From contig JAIOYL010000001.1 in the NCBI GenBank assembly GCA_021741195.1, forward strand, positions 930-64,929: a stretch of DNA of 64,000 nt. The letters are read 5' to 3'. How positions within the stretch are numbered: position 1 is the first letter of the stretch; each line of letters opens with the position of its first letter. The stretch is from Sneathiella sp. (GTDB taxonomy: Bacteria > Pseudomonadota > Alphaproteobacteria > Sneathiellales > Sneathiellaceae). Made by a program: the position numbers and the translations under genes. Shown here piece by piece: positions 1 to 8,455 of this stretch. The notes under the pieces are model-generated. The model made no database searches. It was not told the origin of the DNA and saw only the letters and a list, made by a program, of their open reading frames with translations.

Positions 1-367
1 TGCTGAGCTCTATTTCTGCAACGATTAACCCGTCAAGCGGGCTCTTGAACTCGTCCACTTCCCACAATCGTCCGTCCGGCCCTTTTACCTGATGGCGGGT
101 TTTACGAATAATGGCGCCGGTCGCCTGATCGATTTGTGCTTCAATATCACCGGCTGGAATTTCATACTCGAACTCTTCCCGCGCCAATATCTTCTTTGAA
201 ATAGAAGGATATTTGAGCGTGAGATACCCTTTACCTCCGGCAAGCCGAAGCCGTATGGTCGGCGACTGATCAAGTCCGGTCAGATAAAACTGAAGAACAT
301 GGAAGGAGGATTGCACCTGATCTTTCCAACTGTCGTTGGCGGTGAGAAATTTTCGCTCAATTTCCAT
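1..367 (-). CDS. CYTH domain protein (adenylate cyclase/triphosphatase-like), 3' end runs off the window
   Basis: Manual translation from ATG at 367: MEIERKFL...IRLRLAGGKGYLTLK...REEFEYEIP...IRKTRH...WEVDEF...LIVAEIEL. EIERKF is the CYTH signature. Missed by the ORF track because it has no stop in the window. Confidence 0.9.
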   Translation of the reverse strand, partial: MEIERKFLTANDSWKDQVQSSFHVLQFYLTGLDQSPTIRLRLAGGKGYLTLKYPSISKKILAREEFEYEIPAGDIEAQIDQATGAIIRKTRHQVKGPDGRLWEVDEFKSPLDGLIVAEIELS

Positions 368-585
368 GGCAGCGGTTCAGTGTTTCGGCCGTCAGTCCAA
401 ATGAATACTCGCGTGTCATCCTTATATATTCTACTTCCGAATTGTATTAATGCGGTGAACCTGAGATAAATAACATAAAGTTGTCAGGGCGCTTGTTCAA
501 AAATAAACGCTTCCGCATCAGAATCAACAATAACCGGGCAATTGCTGTCATTCGTGACGTCGGCATCGATTAGAAAGCTTACCCA

Positions 586-1470
586 ATGAAACTTCCGCAT
601 GTTGCAATGGCCTTGGTGATAAGTGCGATATGGGGTTTTTCATTTGTTGCTTCGAAAGTCGGTCTCGATCATTTTCCGCCGCTTTTTTTCACGGCGCTGC
701 GGTTTTCGCTCGTGGCAATCCTGCTGTCGCCGTTTCTTAAAATCGTCAAATTCAGGATGAAGGCGGTTTTCTGGATCGCTATCACCGTCGGCGTCTTTCA
801 TTTTACATTTCTTTATCTCGGGATCGATGCCGCCGGCGGAGTGACCGCCGTTGCTATCGCGAGTCAGCTTATTGCGCCCTTCTCGGTGATCATGGCCGTT
901 GTAGTGCTGAAAGAGAAGATCGGCTGGCGACGGATTTTGGGGATCATGATGGCGTTTGGTGGGGTGATGGCCCTAGGCTTCGATCCGGTGATTTTTGATC
1001 AACTGGACGGTGTAGCACTGGTTGCCTTCGCCGCGCTGTTTATGTCGGCTGGCCTTATTCTGATGCGGCAAATCCAGAATGTCGGGACGATGACGATGCA
1101 GGCCTGGATCGGCGCGATTTCGGCGCTGCCGCTAATGCTTCTTTCCTTCACCATGGAGACGGGACAAGTCGCGTCCATCCTCTCAATGAATTGGGAGGCG
1201 GCGGGTGCTCTCGCCTTCGTTGTTATCGTGACGACAATCTTTGCACATGGCGGTTGGTACTATCTGCTGCAGCGCTACCCGATTGCGGCGCTGACGCCTT
1301 TTGGGCTGTTGGCACCGATTTTCGGCGTTATATTCGGCGTCGTTCTCTTCTCTGAGCCTATTACTCTGCGCTTCATTATCGGGGGAACGGTGACGCTCGT
1401 CGGCGTTGCCATCATCAACCTGCGGACGGCCAGGAAAAACCCGGCCATTGTTCCGGAACCGGAAGTTTAA
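586..1470 (+). CDS. DMT/EamA family transporter
   Basis: 294 aa, about 10 TM helices, IWGFSF start, two EamA repeats. Confidence 0.9.
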   Translation: MKLPHVAMALVISAIWGFSFVASKVGLDHFPPLFFTALRFSLVAILLSPFLKIVKFRMKAVFWIAITVGVFHFTFLYLGIDAAGGVTAVAIASQLIAPFSVIMAVVVLKEKIGWRRILGIMMAFGGVMALGFDPVIFDQLDGVALVAFAALFMSAGLILMRQIQNVGTMTMQAWIGAISALPLMLLSFTMETGQVASILSMNWEAAGALAFVVIVTTIFAHGGWYYLLQRYPIAALTPFGLLAPIFGVIFGVVLFSEPITLRFIIGGTVTLVGVAIINLRTARKNPAIVPEPEV

Positions 1471-1949
1471 CGGTTTTCGTCGAGGTAGATTTTGAGGCGG
1501 TCGAGAAATCCGAAGAAGTCCTTCTTCTCCCATTCCCGCCATCCATCAAACGTATCCGCCAGCGCGCTTTCAAGAATCTCCTGCGCTTCCTGCCGCGCCT
1601 TTTCCCCTGCGTCGGTCAAATAGAGGATTTTCGAGCGCCCATCCTCCGGATTGTCTTCTGCCCGGAGGAAGCCCTTTTTCAGGAGTTTCGCGACTGTCTT
1701 CGTGATGCCGGGCTGCGGCTGTTGCATGGCCCAGGCGATTTTTGAGACGGTTTTACCCTCTTCCGGTTGGTGGCTGAAATGGTTGAGCAGGATAAATTGC
1801 GGTGGCGGTACATTGGTGCCGTCAAGCAACTGCCGCATTTTCGTGTCGGTTAGTTGGCTGATAATGCCGATCCAGTTAATGATCCGAAAATCTGAAGAGG
1901 GAAGCTCATCTTTCCGGTCATATTTTTCTTTGTCAGGTTGCATGCTCAT
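1467..1949 (-). CDS. MarR family transcriptional regulator
   Basis: QFILL...QPGITKTVAKLLKKGFL...DGRSKILYLTDAG winged-helix pattern. Start overlaps the upstream stop (ATGA). Confidence 0.9.
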   Translation of the reverse strand: MSMQPDKEKYDRKDELPSSDFRIINWIGIISQLTDTKMRQLLDGTNVPPPQFILLNHFSHQPEEGKTVSKIAWAMQQPQPGITKTVAKLLKKGFLRAEDNPEDGRSKILYLTDAGEKARQEAQEILESALADTFDGWREWEKKDFFGFLDRLKIYLDENR

Positions 1950-3100
1950 CCTGTTAGTATATCAGGCATTTTGCGGCGTGGGGAGGGGGAAACGTCAGTT
2001 TGATAGCCTAAACGGTAAAACATCTGGACTGTTCCCGGCTCCGATATCCCTAAATGCGTCAGAAACGCCCTCTGAATGTCCCTCATTTCCGGATATTCCT
2101 GCAAAATCTGGCTGACGGGATGCATGGCAACACCCTGTGCCGTCGCCGTCAGGTTAAGCCGCACGTAAGTTCTTCCAGCCTTGACTTGTGTGGATCGCGA
2201 GTTATCACTCGTGATCAGCCATCCCATATTGTAGGTACCCTCGACCCATCCCATGGCGTAATCTGTTCCGCCCTGATAGGCGAGGGTGCCGGGTGTCGTC
2301 GCTTTTTCCGGGCTCATCAGGCCCAGCCGCCTGGACCACCAGAAAAATGGGCCGTGCAGAGCGATGCCATCTGGATTTTCGGCAATTTCATCTGCACCGA
2401 TACGCAGTCGCTCAATGCTTTCAAGCAAGGTGCGCGGCGTTTCAATTTCCTTGAGAACTGCAATTCTGGCAAATTCACGAAGTGGCGCGACAGCCGGCTC
2501 GGTCACAGCAAGGTCAATCTGTTCACCGCCGTTCAACGGCACGCGGCTTAGCGCGATCAAATCCTTCTCCTTCAGATATTCCTTTTCGTAGCCCTGCTTG
2601 TTTGAGCGCCTTCTCGTGATTTCGGCAAATAAGGGATCTTTGACGGCTTGAGCATCTTTCTCGAGCCGGATACGGGCCACCGGCTTCGCCGCGATATCAA
2701 GGCTGTCGGCAGCCGGTTCGCCTTCCGGAAAAAGCTCTATAACCGTTGCATATCCCTTTTCCCGTGCCGCAATATCCAGAAGCTCCAGGAAAGTGCCGTG
2801 GCCGATCAGAATTTGCCGGCCGAATGGATCGGTTTGTTCGAGTACCCTTGCCGGATCAACATGGAGGGTTATCTCCTTCGCGGTCGACAGATCGGCAAGC
2901 CAGGGCTGCATGTTATGGGGATTGGGCGCCAGGATCGCATAGCTCAGCATCCATTCACGAACTTCAAGATCTGCCGCCGGGCCTCGCCAGGGCTTAACGG
3001 CGCTGTCCGGCATTTCATCGCATCCCGTCAATCCAAAGCCTGAGGCGGCGATCACGAGTCCGCTACCGCCAATTGTCCGTATAAAATTGCGCCTGTTCAT
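1946..3100 (-). CDS. Tat-exported lipoprotein of Acg/nitroreductase-like FMN-binding family
   Basis: Likely start MNRRNF at 3100 with GGAG RBS. Twin-Arg signal and lipobox LTGC. APNPHNMQPW, RRSNK and AMHPVSQ motifs of Acg-type proteins. Confidence 0.8.
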   Translation of the reverse strand: MNRRNFIRTIGGSGLVIAASGFGLTGCDEMPDSAVKPWRGPAADLEVREWMLSYAILAPNPHNMQPWLADLSTAKEITLHVDPARVLEQTDPFGRQILIGHGTFLELLDIAAREKGYATVIELFPEGEPAADSLDIAAKPVARIRLEKDAQAVKDPLFAEITRRRSNKQGYEKEYLKEKDLIALSRVPLNGGEQIDLAVTEPAVAPLREFARIAVLKEIETPRTLLESIERLRIGADEIAENPDGIALHGPFFWWSRRLGLMSPEKATTPGTLAYQGGTDYAMGWVEGTYNMGWLITSDNSRSTQVKAGRTYVRLNLTATAQGVAMHPVSQILQEYPEMRDIQRAFLTHLGISEPGTVQMFYRLGYQTDVSPSPRRKMPDILTG

Positions 3101-3145
3101 GAGGTAATCTCCTAGTTCAACGTCTTTATGGTCACGGTATTTAAA

Positions 3146-3176
3146 ATTCCTAGGAATGTATGTGATCCGCATCACA
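3146..3176. promoter_or_regulatory. Two adjacent palindromes: ATTCCTAGGAAT (3146-3157) and CRP/FNR-family-like TGTGA-N6-TCACA (3161-3176)
   Basis: Read directly in the divergent intergenic region between the Acg-like gene and the MFS gene. Confidence 0.6.
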
Positions 3177-3266
3177 AATCATGGCGTTGGATCTTCAACA
3201 AAAAATACCCTTTCAAGTCTTACGGGAAATGGGTAAGGTCCAGGCTCCTCATGCGAGTTTTAGCCG

Positions 3267-4442
3267 ATGTCCGAAGGTCATTATTCGAAGCGTTCCACGC
3301 ATCTGCGTCTGTCGCTTTTTTATATTGCTTTTTTCTCGGTCTATGGGATTGCCATTCCGCTTTGGCCGCGCTGGCTGGAGCATCATATTACCCTTGAATA
3401 TGTGGGCCTCGTTATGGGGGCGTCCTATTGGGCGAAGCTGATCTTTGTGCCTGCGACCTCTTGGATCGCGGATGTCACGGGAAACAGAAAATCCATTCTC
3501 GTCTCGCTGGCCATGTTCGTGATCCTCGCGCTTCTCCTATTGCCCAATGTCGAAGGATGGTTCTTATATGCGTTGATCTGGGGCGCTGCGGGAGCGGCGC
3601 TTTCCTCGGGCGTCCCGCTTTCCGACGGCTTGACGCTGCGCGCCCAGCAGACAATCGGGATTGATTTCGGCAAGGCCCGTCTTTGGGGAAGCTTAAGCTT
3701 CATCGCATTTTCTATTCTTGTTGGCTGGGCGGCGGATCATTATGGGATCGACGCGATTTATGTCGCAATCCTGCTGACGGCGATATTCCTGTTTTTCGCC
3801 TCCATGATACTTCCCGGTATTCGCACCAAGCCGGACAAAGGAAAGGTACCGTTTTTCAGACCGCTTGCCCTGCCAAATTTCCCGCTGTTTGTAGTGACCG
3901 TCGCGCTTTTGCTGGCGACCCATGCCGGGCTCTATGGTTTTAGCGCCATTCATTGGAGCAATCTTGGTTATACGAACGCGGAAATCATGCTCTTCTGGGT
4001 CATTGGCGTCGTCGCCGAGATTGGCATGTTCGCTATATCGGGCAGGCTTATCGGCAGGTTCGGCGCAACACCGATGATTATCGTTTCCGCCCTTGGCGGG
4101 ATGCTACGCTGGGTTTTGCTCGGGGTTGCAACTTCGCCATTTATTCTAGGTTTCGCGCAAACGCTCCATGCTCTGACGTTTGCCCTCCTGTACATGTCCT
4201 TTATTGCCTATATCGGCAAACGGGTACCGCCCGCCATTGCCGCCTCCGCGCAGGGTCTTTATGACAGTCTCTCCATGGGTGTATTCTTCGGTATATTCAC
4301 TATCATTGCGGGCTGGCTTCACCAGCAGAATGGTTCTTACAGTTTTTATTTTATGGCGATGCTCTCTTCAATCGGGCTGGTCCTTGCCTGCCTCCTGCTT
4401 TACCGGGTTCGCCAGTATGATAGGTTGAATGGACCGTCCTGA
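3267..4442 (+). CDS. MFS transporter, HcaT/LacY-like (MFS_1_like)
   Basis: 391 aa, 12 TM helices, FGKARLWGSLSF motif, AQTLHALTFAL in the C-terminal half. Confidence 0.85.
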   Translation: MSEGHYSKRSTHLRLSLFYIAFFSVYGIAIPLWPRWLEHHITLEYVGLVMGASYWAKLIFVPATSWIADVTGNRKSILVSLAMFVILALLLLPNVEGWFLYALIWGAAGAALSSGVPLSDGLTLRAQQTIGIDFGKARLWGSLSFIAFSILVGWAADHYGIDAIYVAILLTAIFLFFASMILPGIRTKPDKGKVPFFRPLALPNFPLFVVTVALLLATHAGLYGFSAIHWSNLGYTNAEIMLFWVIGVVAEIGMFAISGRLIGRFGATPMIIVSALGGMLRWVLLGVATSPFILGFAQTLHALTFALLYMSFIAYIGKRVPPAIAASAQGLYDSLSMGVFFGIFTIIAGWLHQQNGSYSFYFMAMLSSIGLVLACLLLYRVRQYDRLNGPS

Positions 4443-4444
4443 TC

Positions 4445-5842
4445 TCAGAGTGAATTGAGGAACGCGAGTAACTGGCGGCGTTCCTGTGCCTTGAGAAAGA
4501 GGTAATTTTCCTTCGACCTTTCCGCTTCGCCGCCATGCCAGAGGATGGCCTCCTCGACTGACCGGGCGCGGCCGTCATGCAGGAATCTGGTATGCTTGTT
4601 GACCGCCTCCACGAGACCGATGCCCCAAAGAGGAGCCGTCCGCCATTCGGAGCCGGTCGCCTCGAAATCCGGACGGCCATCAGCCAGACCCTCGCCCATG
4701 TCATGGAGCAGGAGGTCGGTAAAGGGATGGATGGTCTGATTCGACAGTATGGGGACAGTGGGATGGCGGCCTGTAACGAACATCTGGATATGACATCCAC
4801 CGCAGCCGACCGAGGCGAAAAGCTTTTCGCCGACCAAAACGTCCGGATCGCTGGTATTGCGTCGCGCCGGAACAGCAAGGGTCTGGGTATAGAGGGTTAG
4901 TTTTTCGAGGAATTTATCGCTGAGTTGCGGCGTCTTTCCCGTCGGAGCCTTCTGGCAAGCGCTTTGCGGCGCGGGGCAGTTTTCATTCGGAAACAGGCTG
5001 GACGTAATGCCGATATCGCCATTGGCCGCGGCCGCATTCTGATGCACGAGGCTCGGGGCGTTTGATTTCCAACCGAAACGGCCGATACGCTGATTTTTTT
5101 GACTTTGATCCCAAACATGGTTGAGTCGGCCGGAAATGCCGTCTTTGTCGCGATCGTCAGGGTCGGCAAGGGCCTGCAAATCTTGCTCCTGGATGGCTTC
5201 GAGCAAACCAAGTCCGATGACCGCGGGCGCCACTCGCGGCGAGATCATGATATCCGGCCCCAGCGGTCCGAAAGAGAGATCTGTAAAATGGTAGGTCGGC
5301 GCGGCGAGAGAATAGGCGGTGCCGTCCGCGAAATGGCCCGGTAATTCAGTCGTTTCAATCATCACTTTGCCTTCCGCCCGAACAGAGGGAATAGCCCGGT
5401 CATTCAACTGATCGCCATAGGCCGGATGCGGCTTTGGCCCGCCAACATCATTTTTCCCTGGTATGCTGAGGCGGATGAGCATTGATAAAAGCTCATCCCC
5501 TTTGTGCTCCGGCGGTTGGCCGCGACCGTCGCGGAGATGGCAACCCGAACAGGACACCCGGTTGAACGTTGGACCCAAGCCGTCGAGGGACTTGACTGAG
5601 GCTGGCGCAATCACCCAGTTGGTGTTGAACAGCTTGTTGCCGAAAAAGAAGACGCGCAGGTCTTCCCGGCTAATGCTCGCGGCAGGCAGTGAAAAGGAGT
5701 TTCTTCCGCGGGTCTGCTGTGTGGTCTCCCCCCCGGGGCTATCTGAAATCGCCGAAACCGCGTCACGCGGCATTTCTGCCGCGTGTGAGAGGGGGGGCAT
5801 GAAAAGTAAAATGAGCAAATAAGACCAGGCCGCATGTTTCAT
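4445..5842 (-). CDS. Di-heme oxidoreductase family (DHOR/DUF1111, IrpB-like) exported cytochrome c
   Basis: Signal peptide. Two CxxCH motifs (CSGCH, CGGCH). GLGPTFN, GRFGWK, TDLLLHDMG, WRTAPLWG and LHDGRAR motifs. Confidence 0.9.
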   Translation of the reverse strand: MKHAAWSYLLILLFMPPLSHAAEMPRDAVSAISDSPGGETTQQTRGRNSFSLPAASISREDLRVFFFGNKLFNTNWVIAPASVKSLDGLGPTFNRVSCSGCHLRDGRGQPPEHKGDELLSMLIRLSIPGKNDVGGPKPHPAYGDQLNDRAIPSVRAEGKVMIETTELPGHFADGTAYSLAAPTYHFTDLSFGPLGPDIMISPRVAPAVIGLGLLEAIQEQDLQALADPDDRDKDGISGRLNHVWDQSQKNQRIGRFGWKSNAPSLVHQNAAAANGDIGITSSLFPNENCPAPQSACQKAPTGKTPQLSDKFLEKLTLYTQTLAVPARRNTSDPDVLVGEKLFASVGCGGCHIQMFVTGRHPTVPILSNQTIHPFTDLLLHDMGEGLADGRPDFEATGSEWRTAPLWGIGLVEAVNKHTRFLHDGRARSVEEAILWHGGEAERSKENYLFLKAQERRQLLAFLNSL

Positions 5843-5866
5843 TGGTTTACTCTATAGTGTTGGCAA

Positions 5867-7096
5867 TCAGCCGTCTGTTGGAACAACTACTTTAACGCCG
5901 AGCAATTTTCCGATTTCCTTGATGACATCGGATTGCGCCTGCAAAGCTGTGATAACCGATTCCGCCTCGGCGCGGGCCGGGTTACCTTGCTTTGCGGCAA
6001 GGATCGAATCATATGGGTAGTTCAGCTCTGAAATCGCCGCATCGGTGCGATTGAACGCTGCAATCATTTTGGTGTTCAGGCTGGGCGCGAGACTGGCCAC
6101 AAGAGTGTCAAGACCGGCACCCGACACACTACCGTAGCTGCCGAAATAGACATTCCGGATGCCCCGCTGATCAAAGATGATATCGTTCAGCGTATTATCG
6201 GAGAAGCAGGATTGTTCGTCTTCCTGGTCTCCGCTATCGAGCCCGGTTGCCATCCGTTCTGCGGCAAGTTCAAATTCGCTTAATATAGCGAGTGAAGTCA
6301 GAATGCGCCCCAGAGCTTCCTGATCCGAATAGCCTTTGAATTTTGCGGCGTAGCTGTCAGGATCGCTCGCGTTCCACGCTGTGACAAGACCAGCTAAATC
6401 ATCAACTAGCATTTTGGTGATGGTTGCGAGATAGAGCCGCCGCCGGTCATTATTGCCCTGGCCTGCGACGTAGTCTGACCAGGGACGGTCGCCCGCGGCG
6501 GTCGGGTTCATATCCTGACCCCACAGCAAAAACTCTATCGCATGATAGCCGGTCGTGACATCCGCTTCGTCCTGAACCTGATCCAGATTGCGAATGCTGG
6601 CTTCGGTGATCGGGACGGAACTATCGTTGATCAGGCCAGCATTTGGATTGCCTTTGATGTAATCAATGAAGCCTTCGTTTATTGGCCAGGCATTGAGGCT
6701 GCCTTCCGGACCTTCTTTTTCGGCCTTTTCATCGACAAAATCGATTGGCCCTTCATAGAAGCGGAAAGCTTCTGTCTGCAAATAACTTGTTCGGGCGTTG
6801 ATCCAGGCGTTCCTTGCCGCATTGAGCGCATCCTGTGACGGATTTTGCAGTAATTCGTCAATCGCGAACTGCATTTCCTTGGCGTCCGCAAGTGTTTGTT
6901 TATACGTTACCTCTACAAGAGCGGCATAATTCGCAATTGTGGGATAAGCATCATAGTCCGGGACGTAACCTGCAGCGTCCTTATCAAGGGCATAGCTTGA
7001 AATATTGCGCACCGGATCGGTTTGCGAGGCATGACCGATGGTGGTCTGTACGAGGGCCAGCAGGGACACGCTGGCGACAAGGGCGGTTTTATTCAT
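5867..7096 (-). CDS. Imelysin family iron-regulated protein (IrpA/IcmP-like)
   Basis: Signal peptide. TEAFRF, LNAWP, GYHAIEFLLWGQD (GxHxxE) and EDEQSCFSDNT motifs. RBS GAGGA favours ATG at 7096. Confidence 0.9.
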   Translation of the reverse strand: MNKTALVASVSLLALVQTTIGHASQTDPVRNISSYALDKDAAGYVPDYDAYPTIANYAALVEVTYKQTLADAKEMQFAIDELLQNPSQDALNAARNAWINARTSYLQTEAFRFYEGPIDFVDEKAEKEGPEGSLNAWPINEGFIDYIKGNPNAGLINDSSVPITEASIRNLDQVQDEADVTTGYHAIEFLLWGQDMNPTAAGDRPWSDYVAGQGNNDRRRLYLATITKMLVDDLAGLVTAWNASDPDSYAAKFKGYSDQEALGRILTSLAILSEFELAAERMATGLDSGDQEDEQSCFSDNTLNDIIFDQRGIRNVYFGSYGSVSGAGLDTLVASLAPSLNTKMIAAFNRTDAAISELNYPYDSILAAKQGNPARAEAESVITALQAQSDVIKEIGKLLGVKVVVPTDG

Positions 7097-7113
7097 GAAA
7101 TTCCTCATTTGTC

Positions 7114-8166
7114 TTAAAAGCCGATTGCATAGGAGATGAGAAGGCCAAGGCCTTTTGAACTGACGTTATCTTCTTCGGCAACCCGCCAGGCGGCAGCGAC
7201 GCCGAGGCCCATGTCAAATTCGTAGCCGACTGTGAGATCGATAACGTCGTCGTCTGTTGCCACGCCCGCCGTATCCGTGTCGCGTCGCTGATAGGTGGTT
7301 GAGGCAACCCAGTTTTCGTAATTTAATGCAACACCAACAGTGAGATATTTCGCTGTGTCATCGCTGATGCCGCCCGAATTGTCGAAATAGGCGTATTCCG
7401 TCATCGGTGAAATCGTGACATCTTCGCCAATGTTAAAGGCGTATTCCGCCCCGACAACATAGCCCAGTTGGCGGCTGTCGCCGCCGTCACCGGCGGCGAG
7501 GGAAGAAAAGCCGGCATGGTAACGAAAGCCGGCGAGGCCGTTGAAGCCACCGTCAAGCGCAACGGAATAGGATGAAAAATCCTCTGTATTGGCAGGGCCG
7601 CCATCAGACTGAGTAAGGGGACCACGCTTTGTTCCAAGAGAATTGCTGAGGAATGTCGTGTCCTGAAAGAACGTACTGGCGGAGAAGGTATGCACGCCCC
7701 CGGCTTCGAAATTGACACTGCCGCCGAGACCGATCATTTCCGCCAGTTCATAGTCTTCGTTCAGATTGGTGCCGTAGATCCCCGGCGCGATCTCCCAGGC
7801 GATCCCAAAATTTGGTGTGAACTTACCGGCATAAAGAGAGTATCGCTCCGTGTCGTAGTTGGCCGTGATGATATTCAGGTATCCGCCCAGATCCTGAAAC
7901 GCCCGGTTGCTTGTGGTATCCTCCACCGGTTCAAGCGTCGCCTCCAGATTGACAGAAAATTTTTTATTGAATGCGACAGTTGTTCCAAGAATGACGGTTG
8001 GATAAAGGTCATTTATCTCGGCATTCGGGTCATCCGACTGATAGGTCCAGTCATTTTCAATCTCGACAGAAAGTTCTCCGGAAATCCTGGGATAGTTCTG
8101 TTCTTCGGCAAATGCCGAAAAACTGGATAGGGATGCGAGGGAAGCAACAACTAACGCCTGTTTCAT
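7114..8166 (-). CDS. Outer-membrane beta-barrel/porin-like protein
   Basis: Signal peptide ending AFA, alternating amphipathic strands, very acidic loops, C-terminal Phe (YAIGF). Confidence 0.75.
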   Translation of the reverse strand: MKQALVVASLASLSSFSAFAEEQNYPRISGELSVEIENDWTYQSDDPNAEINDLYPTVILGTTVAFNKKFSVNLEATLEPVEDTTSNRAFQDLGGYLNIITANYDTERYSLYAGKFTPNFGIAWEIAPGIYGTNLNEDYELAEMIGLGGSVNFEAGGVHTFSASTFFQDTTFLSNSLGTKRGPLTQSDGGPANTEDFSSYSVALDGGFNGLAGFRYHAGFSSLAAGDGGDSRQLGYVVGAEYAFNIGEDVTISPMTEYAYFDNSGGISDDTAKYLTVGVALNYENWVASTTYQRRDTDTAGVATDDDVIDLTVGYEFDMGLGVAAAWRVAEEDNVSSKGLGLLISYAIGF

Positions 8167-8250
8167 TTTTTATTTTCCAATTTTTACGAATTTCAACGAG
8201 GTCCCCAAAAAAGGTGGCGGATTGGCTAATGTGAATCTGAATGAATTTGT

Positions 8251-8300
8251 TAATAATGATAATGCGAATTATTTGCAATAAAAAAATGAGAATGATAACT
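8251..8300. promoter_or_regulatory. Fur-box-like iron-responsive operator region
   Basis: 7-1-7 palindrome TGCGAAT-T-ATTTGCA (8263-8277) overlapping AATGATAAT, plus AATGAGAATGATAAC at about 8285-8299, upstream of the porin-imelysin-DHOR genes. Confidence 0.65.
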
Positions 8301-8455
8301 AAACGCAAAAAAATGCGGCAGGTGGATCAGGAAAACTGTTGTATCTTGGCCGAAAACAGAGATTTGCCATGCAGCGAAAAGATGAATTACCTGTTCGCGC
8401 AAATGGCCTTATGCTAGTTAAAGTTCAGTTCCCATGGTTGAAATTGGAATGAAAA

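Noticed and set aside
85-273. 62-aa minus-strand ORF in the ORF track
   Set aside because: Alternative frame of the real CYTH gene (ATG at 367). I checked for a frameshift and found none.
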